Under the pieces are notes generated by a model. That model did no database searches and had not been told where the DNA came from. It saw nothing but the letters and a program-made list of their open reading frames with translations. A DNA stretch of 64,000 nucleotides from Okamejei kenojei (lineage: Eukaryota). The position numbers and the translations under genes were made by a program. Location: the NCBI GenBank assembly GCA_035221665.1, contig CM069131.1:27528001-27592000 (forward strand), read 5' to 3'. How positions within the stretch are numbered: position 1 is the stretch's first letter; the number at the start of each line of letters is the position of its first letter. Positions 36,692 to 49,419 of the stretch are shown here, piece by piece.

Positions 36692-37531
36692 AGTCTCACT
36701 GCATTCTTTAAAGCAATTGTCTCTCTTCGGCCCTCCCCTTCTCAATCTGGAGGAGGCTGCTTCTTGTTTTTCGTATGTGGGAAATTGGTGTTTTAACTTG
36801 TTTTTGATTAAGCATCAGTTGATTAAATCACACAGTGCATTGACAAAGAATGCTTCGGAAAACTTTAGAATCCTATCCAATTTAAATACTTTATTGAATG
36901 TCTGTACTTAACTTTGCTTCTTAAATAATTAAACGTTTTCTCTTGTCTTGTGCCACTGGATTACATGTTATGATTTAGGATGCGTCACCTTTGTAGAAAC
37001 ATTATCAGTTTATGAAAGTCAAAGACAAAACCATCAATCGCAGTTGAGTCACTGGAAATATTTAGATTTTGAACAGGCAAATCTCCAGCCATAGAAGAAA
37101 GTATGGAAAAAATATTTATCTTCATCTTATTCTCATGACGTCCATTGTTGCTATCAGAATGATATTTGTAGGTTGCAAAATATCCTTGCTTGAAGGCATA
37201 TTTAAAGAATTAGTACTGATATATTCTAGAGAAAAATCAATGTATATTTTTTTTGACAACTCATCACTTCAAATTGCTTCAATCCAATCAATTAGAGAAT
37301 TGTAATTTGCAGAATTTGCCTCTGGTATTACATCACTGAAATGAATTTATCAGATACAAGTTTGGAAGATTACATCGATAATTCTGATGCATGATTTTTG
37401 CTGTTAAAGTAGACACAATTTTAAAATTTCAAATAACCTGGAAATTTGGGATGAAACGTTCTGTTGAATCGCTTTAATACAGGTGAATCACCAAATTGGT
37501 AACTTTTTTTTGCTGTGTGTGTTTTTTTAAG

Positions 37532-37634
37532 GTCAAATCAGTGCATCATTGAAGATATTCGGATTGGAAGGAGTGGGGCTTATGGATCTGAAAAACTGAG
37601 TGAGCTGCTCAAAATATTACCAGAGGCAGAAGAG
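37532..37634 (+). CDS. FHDC1: FHDC1-family exon B (R-SNQCIIEDIRIGRSGAYGSEKLSELLKILPEAEE)
   Basis: ttttttaag| acceptor, GAG|gtcaga donor. 103 nt = 1 nt + 34 codons, continuing the exon A frame; FH2 LLKxLPExEE motif. Confidence 0.9.
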
Positions 37635-37787
37635 GTCAGACTTCGGCAATAACTTTTTTGACTGCTCCATAACGAGAATGTATCAGATGATTAATTGTTT
37701 TTTTACTATGGGATGGTTCAGGACATGATCAAATTAAACATTCCATTTATCTGGTGCTGCCAAGTCAGGTCTTCATCCTATCTCTTC

Positions 37788-38533
37788 TGGGCCTGTCCCA
37801 CTTAGGCGATTTTCAGGCGACTGTCAAGTTGCCGGCAGTCGCCTAAAAAAACGGCAACTGGAACGGCGACTGTCAGAGTGGAACACACACACACCCATCG
37901 CTTCCTTCACCAGCCCGTTATGCAGGCGGGGGACAGGGCAAGAGGGGGGAGTACACACGGTGCACAGCCAAGGTGATATAGACACACACCGCGATGAACA
38001 GGAAGGTTGGCGCTGTAATTAAGATGGCTGCAGCATGGCAAGTCCTTTAAAAGAAGGGGGGAGAGGGGGTAGAAGGAGGGAGAAGGTGGAGACAACTTTT
38101 AAAAAGCCAGAGATACACGGCTGTGAAGCTCGGCGGACATTTAACATAACCGGTCGGTTATCCTTGGTTCTGCAAACTATTGCTTACGATTTTTTTTCCC
38201 AATGAGCCAATGAAATTCACCGGTCAGCACCGGCTACAACCTACGAGAACCTTCGACCTCCTGGCATCCCACTAGGACCTCCTGGCGACCCACCTACGGC
38301 ACGAGAATTCTCGCTACTCTCCATGGCGGCTTCATTCTGGACGCTGCTAATTTTTCAACTTTGAAAAATTCACGGCAACCATGATGAGGCTGCGACTAGT
38401 TCCCAGAATGCAGGAACTCCTCACGACCATGAAGGTGACTCCCCGGCAACCACCCGCGAACACGTGGCGACCATGTGGCGACTGCATAGTCTCCAGCAGT
38501 CGCCTAAAAAGTCGCCTCAGTGGGACAGGCCCA
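37788..38533. mobile_element. PIF/Harbinger-type MITE (subfamily B), ~150 nt downstream of exon B
   Basis: TGGGCCTGTCCCACT...AGTGGGACAGGCCCA; TTC/TTA flanks. Confidence 0.85.
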
Positions 38534-38784
38534 TTAGAGATCTATACAGTTCATTTTATGCACTATATGTCCTGCTAAACCTAACATTCATTTTGCCCAA
38601 TGTCTCCATTAGAGTTAAACTCTCTGTGCATCTTCCCTCTTGTAATCATAGTTCACAAATTTATGTGATTGCAAACATACAACAATTATTTGTCTAGCCA
38701 TTTCAGAATCTGGAACTCTTGAAAATTGCTTTTTCTCTACAGACTTAATGGTGCCAGATTTCTGCACTTCACAGTTCAGAACAG

Positions 38785-39085
38785 TGGCGCAGTATTATTG
38801 GTAGACCCCAGATTGAATCCTGCCCTTGGTTAAAGTCTACGTGGAATTTATACATTTCTGCCGTGTGCTCAGGTTTTCTCCCACATGCCAGAGATGTACT
38901 AGTGCGTTGATCGACTACTGTAAATCACACCGTTGTGCAGATAACTGGAAAAATAATCCAAGGGGAGTTGATGGGCTTATGTGAGAGTAGACCTATGGGG
39001 CTACAGCAAATGGGACAGATGGGATTGTTCAGCAGGGAGCTGGCATGGACCCGATGGGCTGAATGACTGTCTCCTGTGTCGTAGT
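38785..39085 (+). mobile_element. Diverged V-SINE
   Basis: gtggcgcag head, tttctcccacatgccagaga core, tail ggacccgatgggctgaatg. Confidence 0.6.
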
Positions 39086-39620
39086 AAATAAGAATATTGA
39101 AGCTCTGAGCATGGCTGATACAATTAGATCTTGCAAGGGGGTCATTAGTGAGGTGCCAGAGGGATTGTTTGCTTTCACATGATTTGCGATTCTGCACAGT
39201 CATTATGAAATGTTTGCAGGAAGCACCACTTTGGCCGTGGAATTTAAGCCAAAAATTCATGCCCCATCTTGGTGGCTAGGAAATTTAAACTGAGTTAACT
39301 AAATAAGCCCGAAATAATAAGCTGGTGTAATGATGATTATCAAAATTGTTTAAAACTCTTCTCTCTTCTGTCTCGGGCTAATCAGTTGCATCAAAATACT
39401 ACCATAAATACGCAAATAATAGAACTGATTAGGGCACCTGGCATTGATTTGGACATTTAATATGGAAAGGACAAAAGGCACCTGCAGACTGGATTTAGCA
39501 AAATTGGAGAGTTACACTTCAGACTAATCAATTCGTCCTCATAGAAGACCATCTCTCAGGCAGTGCCCAAGCTCCTGAATTCTTATAAATTTCTCAAGAA
39601 TTTGCGAAAGAACTAGCTAC

Positions 39621-40004
39621 AGCGGCGGCGCGACTCACGTTGCAGCGACCCCTACAGCCTGTCTGTCTTTTTTTTTTTGTCTAGTTAAAGTAGTTGTTCG
39701 TGGTTTTTTTTTGTACTGTTTCTAACTGTGTATATGTGGGGGGTGGGTGGGAGGGGGGAGGGGGAATCTATTAAAATCTCTCCTGGGGCTTCGACATCGG
39801 GAGAGAAATGGGTGCGGGGGAGAGAGAAGAACTTTGCCTTCCATCACAGTGAGGAGGAGATTCACTGTGATGGATGTTTGTGTGAATTGAATTGTTTGAG
39901 TGTTTTTTTATGAATTGTTCTGTTTGTATGGCTTATAGAAACGGAGTTTTGTTCGAGCCTCTCTGCGGTTCGAATGACAAGTAATAAAATCTAATCTAAT
40001 CTAA
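39621..40004 (+). mobile_element. GC-rich hairpin-bearing retroposon, copy 3 (short, third tail type)
   Basis: Stem at 39841-39852 / 39862-39873; tail ttcgagcc...ggttcgaa, aataaa, (TCTAA)3. Confidence 0.65.
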
Positions 40005-41484
40005 GAATTTAAGTAAGTAAGTAAGTTTATTGGCCAAGTATTCACATACAAGGAATTTGCCCTGGTGCTCCACCCACAAGTAACACAGTGACAGTTACGA
40101 ATGACTCAGAAAACACTAAACATTAATAATAATAAAACATTAATGATAAAACACCATTGATCAAGCATGTGAACCAACAAAATACCAGATCGAAGGAAGG
40201 CTACATATTTTTGGCTGTTGAGTAGAGCAACTACTCGTGGATAAAAACTGTTTTTATATCTGGCTGTGGCAGCTTTGACAGTCCGGAGACGCCTTCCAGA
40301 AGGAAGTGATTCAAAGAGTTTGTGGTCAGGGTGAGAGGGGTCAGAGATGATCTTGCCCGCTCGCTTCCTGGCCCTTGCTGTGTACAGTTCATCAATGCAG
40401 GGACGGTTGCAGCCAATAACCTTCTCTGCTGATCGGACGATTCGCTGCAGCCTCCAGGTGTCGTGCTTGGTGGCTGAGCCAAACCAGACCATGATGGAGA
40501 AGGTGAGGACAGACTCTACGATGGCCGTGTAGAATTGGACCATCATTGCCTGCGGCAGATTGTGCTTCCTCAGCTGCCGCAGGAAGTACATCCTCTGATG
40601 TGCCTTTTTGACTGGAGTCGATGGTAGCCCCCCCACTTAAGATCCTTGGAGATGATGGTTCCCAAGAACTTAAAAGACTCCACAGATGTGACTGTGGTGT
40701 TGTTGATGGTGAGTGGGGTGAGGGGAGGGGGAGCTCTCCTAAAGTCTACAATCAATTCCACCGTCTTAAGAGCATTGAGCTTTAGGTTGTTGCAACGGCA
40801 CCAGGATGCCAGCTGCGACACTTCCTGTCTGTAGGCAGATTCCTCCCCATCCCAATCAGGGTTGTGTCATCCTCAATCTTGAGAAGCTTGACAGAGGTGT
40901 CTGTGGAGGTGCAGTCGTTGGTGTAGAGGAGAGGAGAGAGTACGCAGCCTTGCGGTGCTCCTATGCTGAGCGTTTGCGGGTCCGAGATGTGCTTTCCCAG
41001 CCGCGCATGCTGCTTCCTGTCTGTCAGGAAGCTGGTGATCCACCGACAGAGGGGTTCAGGCACAGTCAACTTGGAAGGTTTGGAGTGTAGTAGCTCTGGC
41101 ACAATGGTGTTGAATGCAGAGCTAAAATCAACAAACAGGATCCGCGCATAGGTCCCCTGGCGGTCTAGGTGCTGTAGGATGAAGTGTAGACCCAGGTCGA
41201 CTGCATCATCCACAGATCTATTGACCCGATATGCAAACTGCAGAGGGTCCAGTAGGGGGTTTGTGATATTTTTCAGCTTGGCCAGCACAAGCCTTTTGAG
41301 TGTCTTCATGATGCAGAGGTCAGTGCGACTTGACTGTAGTCATTAAGCCAAGTAATTCTTGCCTTTTTGGGTACAGGGACAATAGTGGAGACTTTGAAGT
41401 AGGCAGGGACAGTACATATTGGCAGGGACTGGTTAAAAATGTCTGTATTGACCGGTGCCAGCTGTTTGGCACAGAGCTTAAGAG

Positions 41485-44056
41485 CAGGGCTTGAAATTAG
41501 CGGTTGCCCGGGTGCCAATGGCAACTTACAGTCCCGCCGGGTAACCTGAAAGACATGCCATTTTGCCCAGCTTGGCAAGCAACCGGGACACCTAGCGTTT
41601 AATTCTGAGCGGGCCCCCTCTCTATCTCTCTTTCTCTCTCTCTCTCTGTCAATCTCCGTCTCTGCCCGCCCTGTTCTGTATCCGTGTCCGGGTCTCCGCT
41701 CAACTCTCGATGCTAGGTTCTCGGCTCTCCGCTGGACTCTCGGCTCCCCGCTCGGCGCTAGGCTCTCGGCTCTCGGATCTCGGGTCATGGGTCTCCGCTC
41801 GGCACGGCCGGCCCCCTTATACATGCGCACTGCCATGGCCAGCACATCATCGGCTGTGGTTGTGTGCATGTGGGGCCTGCACATAAGCACTGCCACGGCA
41901 ACTGGTCGGAGTCGGCCACTTTCCTCCTCCCTTTGCATTGTGGGAGATCTGGCCGCCATTACTGTCCGGTCGCTGCCTCACCGTGACTGCTGAAAAACAA
42001 CGCAGAATCACTGCCTGGAGCTGGAGTAACTCCCTGGAGTAACTCTTGCTTCTTGGTTTCCTGGTCCTCCAAAAATATTCAAAATGGAATTTAAACTGGT
42101 GGACCCACCACCACCAAACTCTGAAAAATAACAGCCTATTGCATTTTATCTGTTTATTTATTGTGTATATATATGGTCTATAGTATATAGACACACTGAA
42201 CGTTTATCTCCTGTTCTGTATTATGTTTACATGTTATGTTGTGCTGCAGCGAGCAAGAATTTCATTGCCCACCTGGGACACATGACAATAAAACTTTCTT
42301 GACTTTTGACTTGGACTCAAGCAAAAAAGGGTTCTTGGGGGAAAAAAAGCTACCTTAAATTTAGTTGTGTCTGGTTGGCATCTATGGTAGGGTGAAGACT
42401 ATTCCGTGCTTTAATTGTGCGGGGGAACTCCATGGAGCAGCCAGCATCTCTGGATAGAAAACATTGGGTAACGAGTTTCGGGTAGAAATCCTTCTTTACA
42501 TTTCCTCTGGTTTTAGTGTTTTTAGTTTAATTTAAAGATACAGCGTGGAAACAGGCCCTTCGGCCCACCGAGTCCATGCCGACCACCGATCACCCGTACA
42601 CTAGTTCTATCCCACACATTAGCGACGTAAGTCAAGAGTGTTTTATTCTCTCACGTCCCAGTTAGATCAATGAAATCCTTACTTGCAGCAGCACAACAGA
42701 ATACGTAAACATAGTACTCTGTAAACAATGTTATAAATGAGAAAACAAGACTCCATACAGGCAGCGCACATATTCAGGATCAATTCCGGGTCTCTGGCAA
42801 TTTTAGGCAGCAACTTTATGGCCATTGGACTGCCCCATAATCTTGAACTGAATTAAAACATACAGTAGCTGTAAAGGGGGACATAGCGTCACTTAGAGAT
42901 TTAAGACTGAAAATGGATAGTTTCTTTTTTTTAGTAACCAAAGTTATTAACGTATAATTTTTTGTGTGTTGGAAAATAAAATATAGTGGCACAGCTGGTG
43001 GACTTGCTGCCTCACACGCCAGAGATCTGTGTTCGATCCTGTTCTCATTTGCACATTGAATTTGCACATTCTACCTGCAAGCGTGTGAGTTTCCTCCCAC
43101 ATCCCAAAGACCCATTGGCTTTGTAGGTTAACTTGTCTGTAAAATTGCCTCTAATGTGTAGGGAGTGGGTGAGGAAAGTGGGATAACAGAAAATGTGTGA
43201 ATGGGTAGACAAAAATGCTGGAGAAACTCAGCAGGTGAGGCAGCATCTATGGAGCGAAGGAAATAGGCGACATTTCGGGTCGAGACCTTTCTTCAGATTG
43301 TTGTGAGGGTGCGAGGGGGGGCGGGAAGAAGAAAGGAAGAGGCGGAGACAGTGGGCTGAGGGAGAGCTGGGAAGCGGAGGAGAAAGTAGGGACTGAAATT
43401 GGAGGTCAATGTTCATACCGCTGCGGTGTAAACTGCCCAATAGGCGATGTTTCAGGTCGAGACCAGACTGATGTCGGGAGGGGTGGGAGGCAGGAAAAAG
43501 AAAGGAAGGGGCGGAGACAGTAGGCTGTGGGAGAGCTGGGAATGGAAGGGGAAGGAGGGAGAAAGCAAGGACTACCTGAAATTGGAGAAGCCAATGTTCA
43601 TACCGCTGGGATGTAAACTACCCAAGCAAATATGAGGTGCTGTTCCTCCAATTTGCGGTGGGCCTCACTCTAGCCATGGAGGAGGCCCAGGCCAGAAAGG
43701 TCAGATTTGGAATGGGAGGGGGAGTTGAAGTGCTGAGCCACTGGGAGATCAGGTTGGTTATTGCGAACTGAGTGGAGGTGTTGTGCAAAGAGATCTCCAA
43801 GCCTGCGCTTGGTCTCACCGAGGTTGATCATACGCTGAACAACCATATTTTTGTTTGGAAGTGGAAAGAGATAATAGAAATTGTATTCATTGCAACGTGT
43901 AAAAAGAGATGAGATACTGTATTGTAATTTTGCTGCATTATCGCACGCATCATGCAAGCTGTCTTAAATGACCACCTAAACTGTCATTTGGCAACCCAAA
44001 AAGCTGCCGAGATTGTCCAGCTGGCAACAGGGAAAAAAAGTTAAGCGAGAGCCCTG
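41485..44056. mobile_element. Non-autonomous hAT-like element carrying retroelement debris
   Basis: CAGGGCT...AGCCCTG termini, ggcaac subterminal repeats, duplicated ttaagag (41478-41484, 44057-44063). Confidence 0.8.
43205..43828 (-). mobile_element. Penelope-like 3' end (GIY-YIG C-terminus plus duplicated terminus with hammerhead motif)
   Basis: LGETKRRLGDLFAQHLHSVRNNQPDLPVAQHFNSPSH peptide; minus-strand ctgaagaaaggtctcgacccgaaatgtc near 43268-43295. Confidence 0.85.
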
Positions 44057-45122
44057 TTAAGAGTATAGGGGGAAACATTGTCAGGTCCTGGAGATTTCTG
44101 GCTTTTTTGTCCTCTGAAAACCCTCTCCACCTCCTCTATTTTTATTGTTGATATTAGATAAGTGATGTTTTGCAGCACAGAGGGTGTGGGTGATTGGGTG
44201 TGAAGTGGTGATTGGAGGGAGGTGGGTGTAGAAGGGCATAGTCTTTGCAGAATGAGGTCAGGCTGTGAGTGGGTGTGAAGTGTTGGTTGGGGTGGGAAAT
44301 GGCCCAGTCTTTTCATACTGGAGTCTTGCCTTAAGTAGAATGGGAAGGAGAGGGTGCAGGGTCCATTCTTTGTAGACTGGGGTCTGGCTGTGTTGGTTGT
44401 GGAGGGGGGGAGGGGGTACCAGGGTTACGTTTCTGGTTTTCAAACCTGCAGTAAAACTCATTCAGGCCTTTGGTCAGCTGACGATTGTCCAAAGAGCGGG
44501 GAGCTTTCCTCTAGTAGCTGGTAATTTCTTGCAAGCCCTTCCAATGTGAAGAAGAGTCACTAGCTGAGATCTTGCTTCACAACTTCTCAGAGTACCTTTC
44601 CTTGGCAGCTCTGATTCCTCTTCTCAGCTTGTACTTGGCCTGCCTGTGGAGGTCTGCATCCCCGCTCCTGTAGGCCTCCTCTTTAGACCATCGGAGCTGT
44701 CTGAGTTCTGCAGTGAACCAGGGCTTGTTGTTGATGAACCATGTCCGGGTCTTAGTGGGAATGCAACTGTCCTCGCAAAAGCTGACATACGATGATACAG
44801 TGTACGTATACTCATCGAGGCTTGTGGTTGCTTCCCTGAACACATTACAATTCGTGCATTCAAAGCAGGATGGTAGGTTCTCAATGCCTTCGCTTGTCCA
44901 CCTTTTCGTTGTTCTGACCACAGCTTAGCAACTTTCAGTTTCTGCCTGTAGGTCGTAATAAGGTGAACTGGACAATGATCAGAGAGACCCAGACCCCCCG
45001 GGGAATAGAGCGATAGGCGTTCTTGATTTATTCACCTTTTCTATATTCCCTTCAACTTAACTACACTTTCTTCCCTGCTGAAAATCAGCATGATACACCT
45101 TTGATTAGATTGAAAATCCCAG

Positions 45123-45985
45123 TTTAAAATCAAACTAAATCACATTAAGTAACAGAACATAATGTACATAACATAAAATGCTATTATCCTAATGTCATCT
45201 TTCCAATGAAGTCCTTTGCAGCAAGATTATAAATTAGCTCTTTGTCATTGCACAGCACAGAATTGTAAAATTCTATTTCCTCTTTCACATCTCAAGATAG
45301 TGATCAGGAAACCCATCCCATTTATTCCAGGAATACATCCTCTATATTCTAGGTACTTATCAAACCTCAGGTGTGGAGGTGTATTATGCAGGCAACACAT
45401 GTATGAACATGCTCAGAGGCAAAGTTACAAGCCCTCATTGACCTATTCACTGACTGCATACATCTATCTGTAGGACAAAGGTCCATGAGCAGCTGCCCCC
45501 GGTGCACCACACTGCCCTCCGCTGGTAAAGGTCCGCAGCATGACTCATTAAAATATGGGCCACATCTTCAGAACTATGACCTCGACCAATTAACTGCATA
45601 ATGCACTTTTTACTGCACTTTAAATCTGACTGTAAAATCAAACAAAATCAAACTAAATCACATTAAGTAAAATCAGAACATAATGTATCATAACATAAAA
45701 ATGCTATCTTCCTAATGATTGAATTTGCTCATTTGTCATTACTATTTCTATTTCTCTTTTCAAAATCTCAAGATAGTGATCCAGGAAACCCATCCCATTA
45801 TTCCAGGAATACATTATTATTCTAGGTACAGGCAACCTCACGTGTGGAGGCAGGTCTCAAGCAGATTGTGAACACTGCTCATACCTATTCATTGACTGAC
45901 TGAGATGAGCAGCAGCCAAAAGGTCCGCAGCAACATCATCATCAAAATATGGGCCACCATCTTCAGACTATGGACCACATTGTTT
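45123..45985 (+). repeat. Tandem duplication, second copy riddled with indels
   Basis: 45123-45585 versus 45644-45985 share collinear blocks (aatcaaactaaatcacattaagtaa, tctcaagatagtgat, aaaatatgggccac). Confidence 0.85.
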
Positions 45986-46149
45986 GCTCAGAACTGACCT
46001 CGGGAAATGTCTTCTCTCCGAGGGTAGCAAATCAATTTGGAATGGAGAATGGGATGAATGACAAATTGTAGATTATTATGGGAAACTGGTGTAGAAGACA
46101 AGTTGAGGCCACCATAAATCAACAGTGATCATAATGCGTGGTTGGTCAG

Positions 46150-46795
46150 GTTACCCTAAAGCCTCTGGTCGAATTGAGGAAAAGTTTAAATGTGATCAGG
46201 ACCTCACACATGACATAAAACTCTTAGTCTACAAGGTAGGAGTGTTGGCTGGTCTTCTATGTGCTTCTAAGACCTGGAATACTTACAGTGGGCATCTCAG
46301 GACACTGGAAAAATACCACTAATGCTAACAGGAAGGATAAGCTAACACCAACCTCCATTGCCAGGCCAACATTCCCAGCATTGAGGCCCTAAATCAATTC
46401 CATTTGCCAGGCCACATTTTTCTCATGCCTGACCCCAGATTTCTTGAGTCAGCCATACTATTATGAGCCCTGTCACAGGAGAACAGAAAACGATTAAAAT
46501 CCTCCTTGAAAATCTGTAACATGAACGAACTGCAGAAGGAGCATTTGGAAAAACATTGAGAACTTAATGTCCATGGATTTGGAGCACACCAAAGCCCTAC
46601 AGAAGCACATATAGAAGTCCACATGGCAAACGGACCATACCATCCGACAAACTACCTATTTACCAGCCGTGTCAAGTACATCCTGCCCATCTGTGGAAAT
46701 GTCTGTGCTTCCCACATTGGTCTCACCAGTCACCTCAACACCCACAAAAGCATAGTGGAAGCAAGTCACCCTTGACCCTGAGAATGGCTGAGCGA
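46150..46795 (+). mobile_element. Decayed RTE-clade LINE 3' fragment
   Basis: KLLVYKVGVLAGLLCASKTWNTYSGHLRTLEKYH resembles the RTE RT C-terminal motif, with a CPICG...HLNTH remnant near 46680. Confidence 0.65.
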
Positions 46796-49419
46796 AAGAT
46801 GTTTTGCTTAGTCACTACCTAGAGTCCCGCACAACTACTGTATTATCCTTATTAAAAGCAATGTATTTATTCACATTGTACCCGACGGCCTCACTATTTG
46901 AAGGCCAATAAACAACTTCCAACAGTTTTCTACATTTTGCTGCTTTTTGGCTCCGCTCAACTGGTTCGAATTTTACAATACAAAATTCCAGACTTTGACG
47001 TATGGAACTTTTGACTTGCAATTTTGCTGCATGCTAACTTGAATTGCTATTATTTCAATATATGTTCTATATATGTTCATATCCTTACACAACACATCCT
47101 TTTGCTCATTAGTGTTTGTTTTAAAACCATTTTCCTCCAGGTTATTCTAAACCATAACATTCGGATTCACTTTGATAGCTCTATCCCTTGTTACTTTTCA
47201 TTACTTCTCTCCCATGCTGACCCAAGATCCTTTCTATTTGCTCTACTGATATCATCCCTTATAAACTATGCTGACCCATGTCCTATATATTTTTTACCAT
47301 TCCTTCTGAAACGCTGAATTCCCTGGAACATTTAGCTCCTAGCTTTGCTTCACACTGTGACTGTTTCTGTAATGGCAACTAGTTACGCTGTTTATTTCAA
47401 CCATTTTGTTATGGCTTTTGTGTGCTTTTAGATATGGCAACTTTATATTTGGCTTTTTAAACTTTTTTCCTATTTCAATTATTTTTACCTATTTATTTTG
47501 CTTACCACATTTCAATCTCCCACATTCATCTTTGTTCCTCTCCCTCCTGTCAGATTACCATCCTCTTGCCAAGCCAGTTTAATTCATTCTGGGCTCCTCA
47601 AATGTTCCTGGATGAAATTAGAGAAGCAGTTAGGCCTTTATAACAATCAAGAGGTATCAATCAACATAACCTGATCTTAGATTTGCAAATTTATTTAATT
47701 ACTTGGATTTAAGTTTACTAGCTGCCATGGTGGGATTTTAACCCCTGCCTCTAGCAGCCGGTAGTCTAGGCCTCTTATTATTAACTACTTTGCTACCAAA
47801 CCTAGGCTGCTGTTGCTGACACCGGTAAATAAATATGGACATGGATCCTTTCACACCTGTCTTTTAGCCTAGTTACAGGTTTTCATATTTATTAATATTC
47901 AGCTCTATTTGTGGCCACTCCTGACACACAGTTTTCCTTCATAAAAGGACTCCTAGTTTCCCTCTTCCAGCTTGGTAAGTCTAAGTGAGCATGTTTAACC
48001 TGCCTATGTTGAGTGAATTCTCTGTGAATCCTTTATCTCCAGCCAAGTGTTCAATAACTCTATTTTGTTTTAAAACTCTATGCTTTCAGATACGGAACTT
48101 TTAACGCACATTTCTGCTTCCTAAATTGATTTATGTTTATTTCATTTTGTGTGTCACAACCTGACACAATCCACCCTCAGTTGCTGAATTGGTGTTTGTT
48201 TTGTAACCACTGTCTTTCAGGTTATCCTGCACCATGACATTCAGATATACCTTTACTGATTGTGATCACTCATTGTTTCCATTCCTTCTCTCCCTTTAGT
48301 ATTCATAAGGATATTGGTACTGCCCTTATACACATGAAATGTGTACCACCTGTAGAATGCTTCCTGCCTCAGAACCTGCCCGGGTTTGGGGAATGTAAAG
48401 CCTTTGCCTCGATGTCACAATAATTCATTGTACAATCATCCTCAAATTGAAGGTGACCTTTGAAGGAGATAACCAAACAGACGTCAGAGCAGTGTTACCC
48501 AAACCTTGTCATCTAGAAATAAGGATCATTAAGAACTTCATAGTTAGCATTCAAAACTTCAAGCACGTCTCCATGAGGAACATGCAAAAACATCCCCCGG
48601 TTGCAGCACTAGACTCATTAGAGGAAAAGGAAATAAATCATAACACTACTGAAGCATTTATTAATTCAATAGTTACTTTATCGTGACATATACCTATATA
48701 TACAGTGAAATCCTTTGTTTTGCACAACCTAGTAAAATCATACTATACATAAGCACAATCATACATAAATAAAAGAGTGCCAAGATTATAGTTGTAAAAA
48801 GAATAGTAGATTTATTCGGAGGCTGTACACAATGAGATCATCTTATACCTTTTAAGTATCATTTTAAAAAGTATCATGTCCCATCTTGTATTCTTATGCT
48901 TGCCATTGGAGGCCTTCATATGTGTCCTAGTGCCTACTCTGAAATGTCTACATAGTACAGCCCAAGTGTCAGCAGCATTTGACATGGATGGCTACTAATA
49001 TTCTGAAGAGGAAGTTCAAATATCCATGTGGAACTTTCAAAAGACTCCCAGAGCCAAAGAGCATGGAAACATTCCTTGAGACCCACGGTATCCAATCACG
49101 CCATCAAGTGTTTGTTTATATTTATCCTTTTATTCTCCACTCAATCACTATCCTTCATGCCATATTGTGACAAGTGCACAACTAAATACTTCATTACTGT
49201 TGTAGTATTGTAAGAGTACCCACCTGCATTACATCCTCTGTCAGTGTGCTCCAGATTCCAACTGCTCGCTGCGTGAAATGTTTTTTATCCAAACTCCACT
49301 AAGCCATTTGCCTTAAATTTATGTTCTCTGGTTATAAACCTCTCGGCTAACAGGAAACGTCTATCACCACCCCACCTATCTATGCCCCTCATATGGGAGA
49401 AATGCACGCGTACTGGGGT

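Larger units (their letters stand above)
40011..45030 (-). mobile_element. Rex1/Babar LINE (~2.4 kb of own sequence) split by a 2.6-kb hAT
   Basis: ORFs 44577..44921, 40782..41309 (VDFSSAFNTI, GAPQGCVLSP, DDT), 40570..40821 and 40106..40636; (CTTA)n tail at 40011-40025. The frame rejoins as VSPYTL|KLCA across the insertion. Confidence 0.9.

Noticed and set aside
41495-41590. X-box-like gttgcc/ggcaac motifs
   Set aside because: Explained as hAT subterminal repeats, mirrored at 43985-44030.
41306-41959. 217-aa ORF, the longest in the track
   Set aside because: Chimeric read-through from GC-rich hAT sequence into the Rex1 ORF; not a host gene.
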